Program-made: the position numbers and the translations under genes
Assembly (NCBI GenBank): GCA_020050775.1
Contig: JAGVKC010000079.1
Span: forward strand, 1 to 24,332
DNA length: 24,332 nucleotides
From: Minisyncoccota bacterium
GTDB lineage: Bacteria; Patescibacteriota; Minisyncoccia; Phycocordibacterales; SBAW01
Direction of reading: 5' to 3'
Part shown: positions 6,073-13,706 of the stretch, piece by piece
How positions within the stretch are numbered: the stretch's first letter is position 1
Layout: every line of letters starts with the position of its first letter
The notes under the pieces: model-generated
What the model was told of the DNA's origin: nothing
Database searches by the model: none
What the model saw: only the letters and a program-made list of their open reading frames with translations

Positions 6073-8943
6073 TTACGACTGCTCGACCACAAAACTAACG
6101 ATGCGACCTTTGACGTATACGGCCTTTTTTTCACTACCCCCAGAGAGCCATTTAGCAACATTTGTATCAGCCCTAGCCGCCGAAAGAGCCTGAGCCTCTG
6201 TAGCATCTGGGTGGAGGAGTACTGAGCCTCGCACTTTGCCGTTTACTTGTACGGCAACTTCTACAACAGAGGCTAGGATTTTCTTCTCATCAAATTGAGG
6301 CCACTGGCTTAGGTGAACTGAGGAGGCGTTGCCAAGGCGAGCCCAAAGCTCTTCCGTAACATGCGGTGCAAACGGAGCAAGAAGCTGCAGGAAACTTTGC
6401 CACTGCTCCTTACCTATAGAACCTGACTTTTCAAGCTCATTAAGAAATATCATCATCTGACTTACTGCCGTGTTGAACTTAAAGGTTTCAATATCATCCC
6501 CCACCTTCTTTATCGTCTGGTGTAGTGGCGTATCTAGGTCGGTAGCGGGAGCGTCTTGTACTAGCTCTGCCGCTTTCCACACGCGCTTTATAAAACGCTT
6601 AGTGCCCACGATAGAAGTTGTGCTCCAGGCAACCGTATTTTCAAACGGCCCCATAAACATTTCGTACACGCGGAACGTGTCTGCGCCGTATTCAGCAACA
6701 ACAGTTTGCGGGTCAATAATATTTCCGTGTCGTTTGCTCATTTTTCGCCCGTCTTCGGCAAGAATGAAACCAAGGAATTCAAGACGGGCGAACGGCTCGA
6801 TAGTTGAGACAGAGCCAATGTCATACAAAAACTTGTGCCAGAAGCGCGCATAGATTAAGTGCCGCACCGCATGGTCTCCGCCGACATACACATCTACGGG
6901 AGCCCAAAATTTTTCTTTGTCTTTCGCTACAAGCGCTTCAGAGTTTTGTGGATCTATGAATCGCAAGTAATACCAAGAAGAACCTGCCCACTGCGGCATG
7001 GTGTTTGTTTCGCGTTTTGCAGGCCCATTACACTCTGGGCACGTTGTATTGACCCATTCAGCAATGGTTGCGAGCGGAGATTCTCCTGTGCCGCTTGGTT
7101 CGTAGGAGGTGACCTCAGGAAGCAGGACCGGAAGATCTTTCTCTGGCACACCTACCGCCCCGCATTTCTCGCAATGGATGATTGGTATTGGCTCGCCCCA
7201 ATAACGCTGGCGGCTAAATACCCAATCTTTCAGTTTGTAGGTTGTTGTAAGCACTCCTCCAACAAGTTCTGTAATTTTCTTCTTAGCTTCCTCTGAATCC
7301 AGCCTGTTAAATGTTCCTGAATTAGAAAGCATGCCCGGGCCGGTATGTACATACTCTCTGTCGTTAAGAAGATCAACGACAAAATCTCCTTCAAACACAG
7401 TAAAGAAGCTCTTTAACTCTTCTTTCTTTTTCCATACGATTTCGTGCAAAGCAGTTTCCTGCTCATCTATTGCTTGGCACTCGTCATTTTCGAGGTCAAA
7501 GAACACGAATGTAAAATGGGCCCAACGGTTTTGCTTTTTAACCCTATGGTAGAAAAAAGTATTGATGGCAACGGGCGAAGTACGGACAAATTTTAAATTT
7601 TTATAACCAGTCTCCTCAGCTACCTCGCGTCGGGCTGCTTCAACAATATCTTCACCCGCCTCAATACCCCCGGTAACCAACCCGTTCATATGATTGCTTT
7701 TCCAACTTACGCATAGATACGTGTCGTCTTTCGGATTTCTAACAACGGCACACACGGCTTCTCTCCGAACAAATTCCATGTCTGGCCTGACTTCGTCCCC
7801 ACGAGTTGTCCCAAACTTCTTTTCAATAACTTCTTTAGAGCCAAAAAATTTTGGTTCTATTACTTGCACGATAGGAATATTGAACTTCTTTGCAAATTCG
7901 TAGTCTCGTTCATCGTGGGCAGGAACAGCCATGATGGCACCAGTGCCGTAGCCGCCAAGCACATAGTCGGCTACATAGACGGGAATTTCTTCTTTGTTCG
8001 CTGGGTTCATTGCTTTCACGCCCTTGAGCTCGACACCGGTTTTATCTTTGCCTGCATCAGTGCGTTCTATTTCGCTTTTTGCTGAAGCAGAAGCGACATA
8101 CGCATCCACATCTGCGCGATTGGAAATAGGCAATTCTTTAACTAGAGCGTGTTCTGGCGCGAGCACCATGTATGTAGCGCCAAAAAGCGTATCGGGGCGC
8201 GTTGTAAATACTTTGATTTTTTTATCTGAACCTGCGATTGAAAATTCAATATGCGCACCTTCACTCCGGCCTATCCAGTTACGCTGAGCCTCCTTAATGT
8301 GCTCTGGCCAGCGCAAACTATCCAAGTCTGCGAGCATGCGGTCAGCGTAGGCGGTAATTTTTAGAACCCACTGAGGCAGAGATTTCTTTTCTACTTCGGT
8401 TCCGCAGCGTTCGCACACCGTGCCATCCAAGTCCTCGTTTGCAAGCCCGGTCATGCACGACGGACACCAGTTGATAGGCTCGTTAGATTGAAATGCCAAG
8501 CCCTTCTTGAACATCTGCAAGAAAATCCACTGTGTCCATGTGTAATACGCCGGGTCAGTGGTGTTAATCTCCCGACTCCAGTCGTAATCAAACCCGATAC
8601 CTGCTAACTGCTCTTTAAAGCGCGCAATATTTTTCTCTACCGCAACACGCGGGTGGATTTTAGTTTTTATAGCGAAGTTTTCTGCAGGCAAGCCAAACGC
8701 ATCCCACCCCATCGGGTGAAGCACCGAGTGGCCGCGCATGCGCATGTGTCGAGCATATACGTCGGTTGCGATATACCCTTTTGGATGACCAACGTGCAGC
8801 CCTTCGCCCGAAGGGTACGGGAACATGTCGAGCACGTACGTTTTTGGTTTGTTGGAATCGTCAGTGGTAGCGTAGAGCTTTGTAGCGGCCCAGACCTCCT
8901 GCCACTTCTTCTCTATTTCTTTTGGGTCGTACCCTGAAGCCAT
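6073..8943 (-). CDS. leuS: Leucine--tRNA ligase with an inserted Nudix hydrolase domain
   Basis: MFPYPSGEGLHVGH (HIGH), GWDAFGLPAEN, CP1 editing motifs FTTRPDT and AVPAHDERD, FSRQRYWGEPIP and KMSKRHGN. The Nudix box is at 7671-7603. True start is most likely MASGYDPKEIEKKWQ at 8943; the ORF-track start 9078 overlaps the upstream gene. Confidence 0.97.
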   Translation of the reverse strand: MASGYDPKEIEKKWQEVWAATKLYATTDDSNKPKTYVLDMFPYPSGEGLHVGHPKGYIATDVYARHMRMRGHSVLHPMGWDAFGLPAENFAIKTKIHPRVAVEKNIARFKEQLAGIGFDYDWSREINTTDPAYYTWTQWIFLQMFKKGLAFQSNEPINWCPSCMTGLANEDLDGTVCERCGTEVEKKSLPQWVLKITAYADRMLADLDSLRWPEHIKEAQRNWIGRSEGAHIEFSIAGSDKKIKVFTTRPDTLFGATYMVLAPEHALVKELPISNRADVDAYVASASAKSEIERTDAGKDKTGVELKGVKAMNPANKEEIPVYVADYVLGGYGTGAIMAVPAHDERDYEFAKKFNIPIVQVIEPKFFGSKEVIEKKFGTTRGDEVRPDMEFVRREAVCAVVRNPKDDTYLCVSWKSNHMNGLVTGGIEAGEDIVEAARREVAEETGYKNLKFVRTSPVAINTFFYHRVKKQNRWAHFTFVFFDLENDECQAIDEQETALHEIVWKKKEELKSFFTVFEGDFVVDLLNDREYVHTGPGMLSNSGTFNRLDSEEAKKKITELVGGVLTTTYKLKDWVFSRQRYWGEPIPIIHCEKCGAVGVPEKDLPVLLPEVTSYEPSGTGESPLATIAEWVNTTCPECNGPAKRETNTMPQWAGSSWYYLRFIDPQNSEALVAKDKEKFWAPVDVYVGGDHAVRHLIYARFWHKFLYDIGSVSTIEPFARLEFLGFILAEDGRKMSKRHGNIIDPQTVVAEYGADTFRVYEMFMGPFENTVAWSTTSIVGTKRFIKRVWKAAELVQDAPATDLDTPLHQTIKKVGDDIETFKFNTAVSQMMIFLNELEKSGSIGKEQWQSFLQLLAPFAPHVTEELWARLGNASSVHLSQWPQFDEKKILASVVEVAVQVNGKVRGSVLLHPDATEAQALSAARADTNVAKWLSGGSEKKAVYVKGRIVSFVVEQS

Positions 8944-8996
8944 AGAGAGTAAAGTACCATACGAACGCGCCCCACTGAAAGGTGGGCGCTCTTTGC

Positions 8997-9935
8997 TTAG
9001 ATATTTTTGGTGAACGGCGGATACAGTTCTGGGTCTATGACACGCTGGAAGCATGTCTCCCCTGTGCCGTGTATCCATTTAGAATCCATGCCTTTTGAAC
9101 GATACGCGGGTTCAGGATACATAGGTTCTTCCATGCCAGAACTTGGAAGGTCAAAGGTTGCGCATACTTCGAACGAAAGCGGACCTGTCGCTCGGTATTT
9201 GTACGCAGCGCCGGTTTTAGGATCTGTAGGCGCGGTGTAGTACGAAAGAGGATCTTCCAGTTCTGAAAGTGCTGTGGGAAGAGCATTCTTTTGCTGATAT
9301 ACGTAGATGACTTGAGATTGAATGCTATTCAAGTCCTGTACGCGCTGAGAATCTAGGCGGTACTGTCGCTGTGTCTGTGGAGAACCGACAATAAGGAAGC
9401 CTGCCGCAATAGATAGAACCACCAGAACGCCTACGGACCAATTTATGTAGCGGGCATAGTGCGGATTCTTCAGCCAGTAGCCCCAGATGTCAGCAAGGAA
9501 GTGCATAAAACCAGCGGCGGCTACCAACAGCACAACCGCAACCTTCAGCAAGAAGCGTACTGTCAGTTCTTCACCCGAGAGGAAGGTTGTAAGAAGAACT
9601 ATGAGGTCAATCACTATCGCTGCTCCTGCGACGAACACAAAAAGATACAGAGCCCAGCGACGAACCCACACTTCGTTGCGCGAAGGGTCGCGCTCAATGC
9701 TGCGGCGAATGGCGCGCATAAGAATAAGAAACAGCGGCGCAAGCACAATGAGCGAGGCCATTGAGTATGCTATGCCGCCTTGGTACGGGTCGTAATAGTA
9801 GCTAAGCGAGTCGCGGAACGCATGATTAATGTATTGGAACAAAAGAGAAACGAAGGCAAATATGCCTGCGTATAGAGAAATCATTGCACCAGCCCAGAGG
9901 AAGAAATCTTTCGGTGTTGCTTTAGGCCGTTCCAT
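8997..9935 (-). CDS. DUF5671-type membrane protein
   Basis: 312 aa starting MERPKATPKDFFLW with about 5 TM segments. The C-terminal extracytoplasmic module RLDSQRVQDLNSIQ...LP..L..L...DPKTGAAYKY...FEVCATF is typical of CPR DUF5671 proteins. Confidence 0.75.
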   Translation of the reverse strand: MERPKATPKDFFLWAGAMISLYAGIFAFVSLLFQYINHAFRDSLSYYYDPYQGGIAYSMASLIVLAPLFLILMRAIRRSIERDPSRNEVWVRRWALYLFVFVAGAAIVIDLIVLLTTFLSGEELTVRFLLKVAVVLLVAAAGFMHFLADIWGYWLKNPHYARYINWSVGVLVVLSIAAGFLIVGSPQTQRQYRLDSQRVQDLNSIQSQVIYVYQQKNALPTALSELEDPLSYYTAPTDPKTGAAYKYRATGPLSFEVCATFDLPSSGMEEPMYPEPAYRSKGMDSKWIHGTGETCFQRVIDPELYPPFTKNI

Positions 9936-10049
9936 ATGAAGTGTTAAGACGTTATGAAGTAATGAGTATTACAAGCATACCATGTGGAGTTTTTAGCAAT
10001 GTTTTGATAGGGTGCCTTTTAGAGTTCATTCAACACAAAGAGGGGCACA

Positions 10050-11501
10050 ATGCTACAAGAAAAGCGTATTGTCGTTAAGTGGGGTGGCGCCTGCATGCGC
10101 AACCTCAGTTCAGTAAAAAAGGCGTGTGAAATCACGCTATCTGACCAAAGAAGGAGTATCGTCGTCGTATCCGCGCCCGGCAAGGACGATGAATACGACA
10201 AGATGACCAACGTGCTTATCCACCTACACCGGGACGACCACCCCGAGAAGTCGCGCAGCGAGATGCTGAACGAAATCGAAGCAAGGTTCGCACAGCTCGC
10301 TACAGGCACGAAATTCAATGCCAAAAGAGAAGTAGAAAAGCTCGGACGTGATCTTGCCGACGGTTCATCCTTCGACTTCATCGTAAGCCGTGGCGAATAC
10401 CTTATGGCGAAGATCATGAGCGAACACCTCGGATTCACGTTTGTGGACGCAAGCACATTCGTTCGCTTTGATGCAGAAGGAAGGCTCAACCTGCAGGAGA
10501 CGCTTGAGCGCGCAGCGCTCTTGTGCAAGCTGCCAAACGCCATCATCCCTGGCTTTTACGGCCAAGCATTCGACGGATCGGTGAAGCTTATGACACGCGG
10601 TGGCACTGATCTTACCAAGACGCTTGTCGCAGCCGGCGTAAAAGCCGAGAAGTGCGAGAACTGGAAAGACGTGACGGGAGTGAAGATGGCTGATCCGAGG
10701 ATCGTAAAGAATCCTCGCACCATCAAAGTTCTCTCTACAAAGGAGATGCGTGAGCTCTCTTACATGGGCTTTGAGGTTTTGCACGAGGAGGCTGTGTTGC
10801 CGCTACGCGGGAAGAATATTCCTATCGAAGTACGCAACATGTGGCTTCCGGAAGAGAAAGGCACGCTGGTCGTCGATGATGCGTATCTACCCGAACATCG
10901 CAACGGAGCGGTCATCGGAATAGCGGGAAAGAAAGACTTCAGCATCATCCGGTTGGAGAAGCGCCTTATGAACCAGGAGCTCGGGTTCTTACATCGTGCT
11001 ACGGGCGTTTTCGCCACACATGCTGTAAATATTGAGCATGTTCCTGGCGGCATCGACACTGTTAGCTTCCTTGTGAGGTCTGAGAACCTTAAAGGTAAGT
11101 TCCCAGCACTTCTTAAGGATCTAGAACAGACGTGCGAACCCGACGAAGTGTGTATAGGGCATAATATCGCCCTTATAAGCGTCGTTGGCAGCGGGATGAC
11201 TAACACTCCTGGCATCCTTGCTCGAGCATCGGGAGCACTTGCATGGTGCGGTATTAATATCCGCATCGTGGACCAAGGTTCCAGCGAACTTAGCATCATC
11301 ATTGGCATCGATAATGATGATTACGAAGCGGCCATACGTGCTCTCTACGCTGAATTTACGGATTCGTGGATGAAGCGGCTCTTTAAGAAAGCATGGTGGT
11401 TCGTTAAAAAGTCACTGAGGCCTGCGCGCAAGCGCAGGCCTTTTTCTTTTCATCTATATAAAACAAACTGGCCGCCACATTCAAGTGGACGGCCAGTGTA
11501 A
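10050..11501 (+). CDS. lysC: Aspartate kinase (monofunctional, two ACT domains), divergent; the C-terminal tail is probably artefactual
   Basis: VVKWGG, VVVSAPGK, SRGEYL, IIPGFYG, TRGGTD, ENWKDVTGVKMADPRIV, RELSYMG..VLH, followed by two ACT repeats ending AIRALYAEF. GAGGGG lies upstream of the ATG. Confidence 0.88.
   Translation: MLQEKRIVVKWGGACMRNLSSVKKACEITLSDQRRSIVVVSAPGKDDEYDKMTNVLIHLHRDDHPEKSRSEMLNEIEARFAQLATGTKFNAKREVEKLGRDLADGSSFDFIVSRGEYLMAKIMSEHLGFTFVDASTFVRFDAEGRLNLQETLERAALLCKLPNAIIPGFYGQAFDGSVKLMTRGGTDLTKTLVAAGVKAEKCENWKDVTGVKMADPRIVKNPRTIKVLSTKEMRELSYMGFEVLHEEAVLPLRGKNIPIEVRNMWLPEEKGTLVVDDAYLPEHRNGAVIGIAGKKDFSIIRLEKRLMNQELGFLHRATGVFATHAVNIEHVPGGIDTVSFLVRSENLKGKFPALLKDLEQTCEPDEVCIGHNIALISVVGSGMTNTPGILARASGALAWCGINIRIVDQGSSELSIIIGIDNDDYEAAIRALYAEFTDSWMKRLFKKAWWFVKKSLRPARKRRPFSFHLYKTNWPPHSSGRPV
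11418..11450 (+). terminator. Intrinsic terminator lying inside the last codons of the lysC ORF
   Basis: 10-bp stem AGGCCTGCGC/GCGCAGGCCT with a GCAA (GNRA) loop, followed by TTTTCTTTT. Confidence 0.8.
11461..11497 (-). terminator. Probable intrinsic terminator for a minus-strand transcript
   Basis: Stem ACTGGCCG/CGGCCAGT plus CCAC/GTGG with one bulge, followed on the minus strand by TTGTTT. It sits back-to-back with the plus-strand lysC terminator. Confidence 0.55.
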
Positions 11502-11654
11502 CGGGAACCGGTGAGAATATATGTAGTACACGCGAGCCCAAGAGCACTTCCTCTATTCATTTCTGAGGCAGAGAGGAATTCTTGCTTGGGTGAATCGTCG
11601 CCTCCCTCTATTTCTATTGGCGAAATTGCCGACTATACCACATTGAAATGTACG

Positions 11655-11872
11655 AGTTGGATGTTTCTTGAACTGCGTCCTCTGGAATACCCGGGAACGT
11701 TCCATCTGGTCCCTATGCAAGGGTGTGAGCGCTTCGTGACGGCATCTTTAGGGAAGGACTTCGCGGCCTAAGCAGCTAATCTCGTCCTTAATCGTATGGT
11801 CAGTCAGTCTGTTCCTCACTTCAGGAATCGCCCAGATACGCCAGAGGGGCAGGTTTCAATACGCACCCAACT
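11655..11872 (-). ncRNA. Candidate structured non-coding RNA, rod-like with a central multibranch region (6S-like geometry, family unassigned)
   Basis: Nested long-range helices: AGUUGGGUG/CAUCCAACU, UUGAA/UUCAA, CUGC/GCAG, CCUCUGG/CCAGAGG, UAUCUGG/CCAGAUG and inner AAGGAC/GUCCUU. The 5' end coincides with the predicted TSS of a near-consensus promoter. Confidence 0.55.
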
Positions 11873-11878
11873 TATATT

Positions 11879-11907
11879 AGTATACACCCTCTAACATATT
11901 TTGTCAA
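11879..11907 (-). promoter_or_regulatory. Near-consensus sigma70 promoter firing into a gene-free region
   Basis: TTGACA (11907-11902), 17-bp spacer, TATACT (11884-11879). Predicted TSS about 11872. Confidence 0.75.
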
Positions 11908-11951
11908 TAGCTACAAAAAAGCTACGAATGAAGGAATTCCATGACATCTCC

Positions 11952-11985
11952 CAATGTTGCCCATGCTCACATGGCCGCAACATTG
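11952..11985. other. Stable hairpin downstream of ychF without a U-tract
   Basis: CAATGTTGC/GCAACATTG (9 bp) plus CCATG/CATGG (5 bp), with a 2-nt bulge and a CTCA loop. Confidence 0.5.
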
Positions 11986-12032
11986 AGGATCCCGAGGAGT
12001 ATACGACGAGGGAACAAGGAACAACGATTTAA

Positions 12033-13133
12033 CTAAGAATGTAAAAATTCTATAACATCACCATCTCGAACTACGTATTCCTTCCCTTCTGTACGAAGAT
12101 GCCCTAGCTCGCGAGCCTTCGCGTACGAACCATCTTGCAGAAGCGTGTTCCAAGGAATAACTTCAGCACGGATAAATTTAGTTTGAAAGTCTGTGTGTAT
12201 CGCAGCACCCGCTTCAGGAGCAGTCGAACCGATTTTAATAGTCCATGCGCGCGTTTCTTCTGGGCCCGTAGTAAAGAAGCTCATAAGTCCAAGAAGTTCA
12301 TATCCTGCGCGAATAAGGCTGTTTATCCCGTCGTCAAAAACTCCATACTCCTGGCGGAAGGACACTTTGTCTTCCGTATGGAGTTCGCGTAGTTCACTTT
12401 CTACATGTGCATCCACCACAACATATTTCGCGTTCTGTGTTTCAAAATAATGTATAAGCGCTTCAAAACGGCCATCGTTAAGCTCATCGAGATTGTGGCC
12501 GCCCGCTTCCTTGTTTAGTACATAAAGAATCGGCTTCATCGTAAGAAGGTGCAAATCTTTAATAGCTTCGAGTTCTTTTTTAGAAAGATCTGCAGTTGAA
12601 GCAAGCGCTCCCGCAGCAAGTACTTTAGAAACTTTTTCTGCTGCATCTTTAAGCACGACGGCTTCTTTGTCGCCGCGTTTCACATCGCGCTCCAAGGTTC
12701 CCAAGCGCTTCTCTACAGTAGAAAGATCTGCAAGGGCTAACTCAAAATTTATAGTTTCAATATCGCGCACCGGGTCAACGGTGCCTGCAACGTGCCCTAT
12801 GTTGGAGTTATCGAAAATACGCACTACCTGAGCAATAGCATCTGTTTCGCGGATATGCGACAGGAATTGGTTACCAAGGCCCTCGCCTTCTGCGGCACCT
12901 TTTACAAGACCTGCAATGTCGACGAATTCAATAGCTGCGGGAAGCGTTTTTACGGAGCTGCTGAATTTTGAAAGCTGGTCTAGCCTTTCGTCCGGCACTG
13001 CTACCACTCCAACAGAAGGGTCGATGGTAGCGAACGGATAATTAGCAACCAAAACGCTCTTTTTTGTAAGAGCGTTGAAAAGAGTAGACTTCCCGACGTT
13101 CGGGAGCCCGACGATACCTATGCTTAATGCCAT
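12033..13133 (-). CDS. ychF: Redox-regulated ribosome-binding ATPase YchF (Obg family)
   Basis: GIVGLPNVGKSTLFNALT, ANYPFATIDP, FVDIAGLVKGA..GEGLGNQFL, FFTTGPEETRAWT and TGS-domain EGKEYVVRDGDVI. Confidence 0.97.
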   Translation of the reverse strand: MALSIGIVGLPNVGKSTLFNALTKKSVLVANYPFATIDPSVGVVAVPDERLDQLSKFSSSVKTLPAAIEFVDIAGLVKGAAEGEGLGNQFLSHIRETDAIAQVVRIFDNSNIGHVAGTVDPVRDIETINFELALADLSTVEKRLGTLERDVKRGDKEAVVLKDAAEKVSKVLAAGALASTADLSKKELEAIKDLHLLTMKPILYVLNKEAGGHNLDELNDGRFEALIHYFETQNAKYVVVDAHVESELRELHTEDKVSFRQEYGVFDDGINSLIRAGYELLGLMSFFTTGPEETRAWTIKIGSTAPEAGAAIHTDFQTKFIRAEVIPWNTLLQDGSYAKARELGHLRTEGKEYVVRDGDVIEFLHS

Positions 13134-13282
13134 TGACACCTATACTGACAAAAAAACCTTATCTTGTATAGCGTTTAGCTTGACTACAGCTCAAACGCAA
13201 TATATACCTACGACGGGTAGAACCCAAGCAGTAATGCTTTTCACTGACGCCCGAGAGGGTCCTAGAGAATAGGAAATGTGAA

Positions 13283-13675
13283 ATGAAGAAAGCCGCAGAA
13301 AAACTTCTTAGCGGATCACAACATATTGACCTCATGAAGAGAGAGATAAAGACCATTGAGGATTTATTGAGACATCTTCTTCAACGTAAAAACGAGAGCC
13401 ATCACGCGTTTACAGACAAGAATCCTCTCCTCATTGGCACGAAGCACTGTGCGTGGAAAATATTCAATTACCCGAATTCTGGAGTCACTCATCTCTCATG
13501 CGAGTTGAATGATTCCGCAGCGAAAAACCTTGGATTTGGAAGGAATCATCTTTCCTTTCACCACAGTTCTGTTAAAAGGATTCATGAGGATCTTGAAGAG
13601 TTTCTGCAAAAACTATTGAAAAAAGTGCCAGACTTAGAACACAATTTGTCACCGTTTTTCGAAGCGGCGTCATAA
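13283..13675 (+). CDS. Hypothetical protein (orphan-like, 130 aa)
   Basis: Fills the gap between ychF and a convergent gene. AGGA lies upstream of the ATG and a terminator follows the TAA directly. No recognised domain. Confidence 0.7.
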   Translation: MKKAAEKLLSGSQHIDLMKREIKTIEDLLRHLLQRKNESHHAFTDKNPLLIGTKHCAWKIFNYPNSGVTHLSCELNDSAAKNLGFGRNHLSFHHSSVKRIHEDLEEFLQKLLKKVPDLEHNLSPFFEAAS

Positions 13676-13681
13676 ACTACC

Positions 13682-13703
13682 AGCCCCCGCGTCAGCGGGG
13701 GCT
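13682..13703. terminator. Terminator hairpin between convergent genes
   Basis: 9-bp stem AGCCCCCGC/GCGGGGGCT with a GTCA loop, between the stops at 13675 and 13707. U-tracts are weak. Confidence 0.7.
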
Positions 13704-13706
13704 ACT

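Noticed and set aside
6862-6888. LeuRS motif VYVGGDHAVRHL, one residue shorter than the usual GGxEHA
   Set aside because: It is an in-frame single-residue difference with HIGH and KMSK intact, most likely lineage-level variation, and I have no evidence of a functional effect.
8944-9078. Extended N-termini proposed by the ORF track (leuS 9078, sigma-like 6024, GH113 17090, atpH 21884, atpB 23551, ychF 13139)
   Set aside because: They overlap upstream genes or promoter boxes and do not resemble the family N-termini. Downstream ATGs fit better.
11629-11812. Group I intron P7-like pairing on the minus strand (ACAGACUG at 11812-11805 with GUAUAGUCGG at 11638-11629)
   Set aside because: No P3, P4-P6 domain or host gene could be identified, and J8/7 would be too short. 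It is kept only as a possible pseudoknot in the candidate RNA.
11501-11872. RNase P, tmRNA, SRP and c-di-AMP (ydaO) riboswitch identities for the intergenic RNA
   Set aside because: The diagnostic motifs are absent: no GAGGAAAGUC/ACAnAAnnCGGCUUA pair, no tRNA-like ends with a T-arm, and no CAGG-GNRA-AGCA helix 8. The ydaO-like words (UUGGGUGAAUC, CAGCUAAUCUCGU) are on the strand opposite the promoter, lack the rest of the motif and precede no convincing gene.
11928-12032. 34-aa plus-strand ORF MKEFHDISQCCPCSHGRNIEDPEEYTTREQGTTI
   Set aside because: It has no SD and only a weak promoter, and the Cys cluster coincides with the 11952-11985 hairpin, so it is probably a by-product of RNA structure.
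13207-13273. Fluoride, ZTP, guanidine-II riboswitch or hammerhead identity for the structured leader
   Set aside because: Only fragments match (GACGG, CUGACG). The required paired elements and invariant residues are missing.
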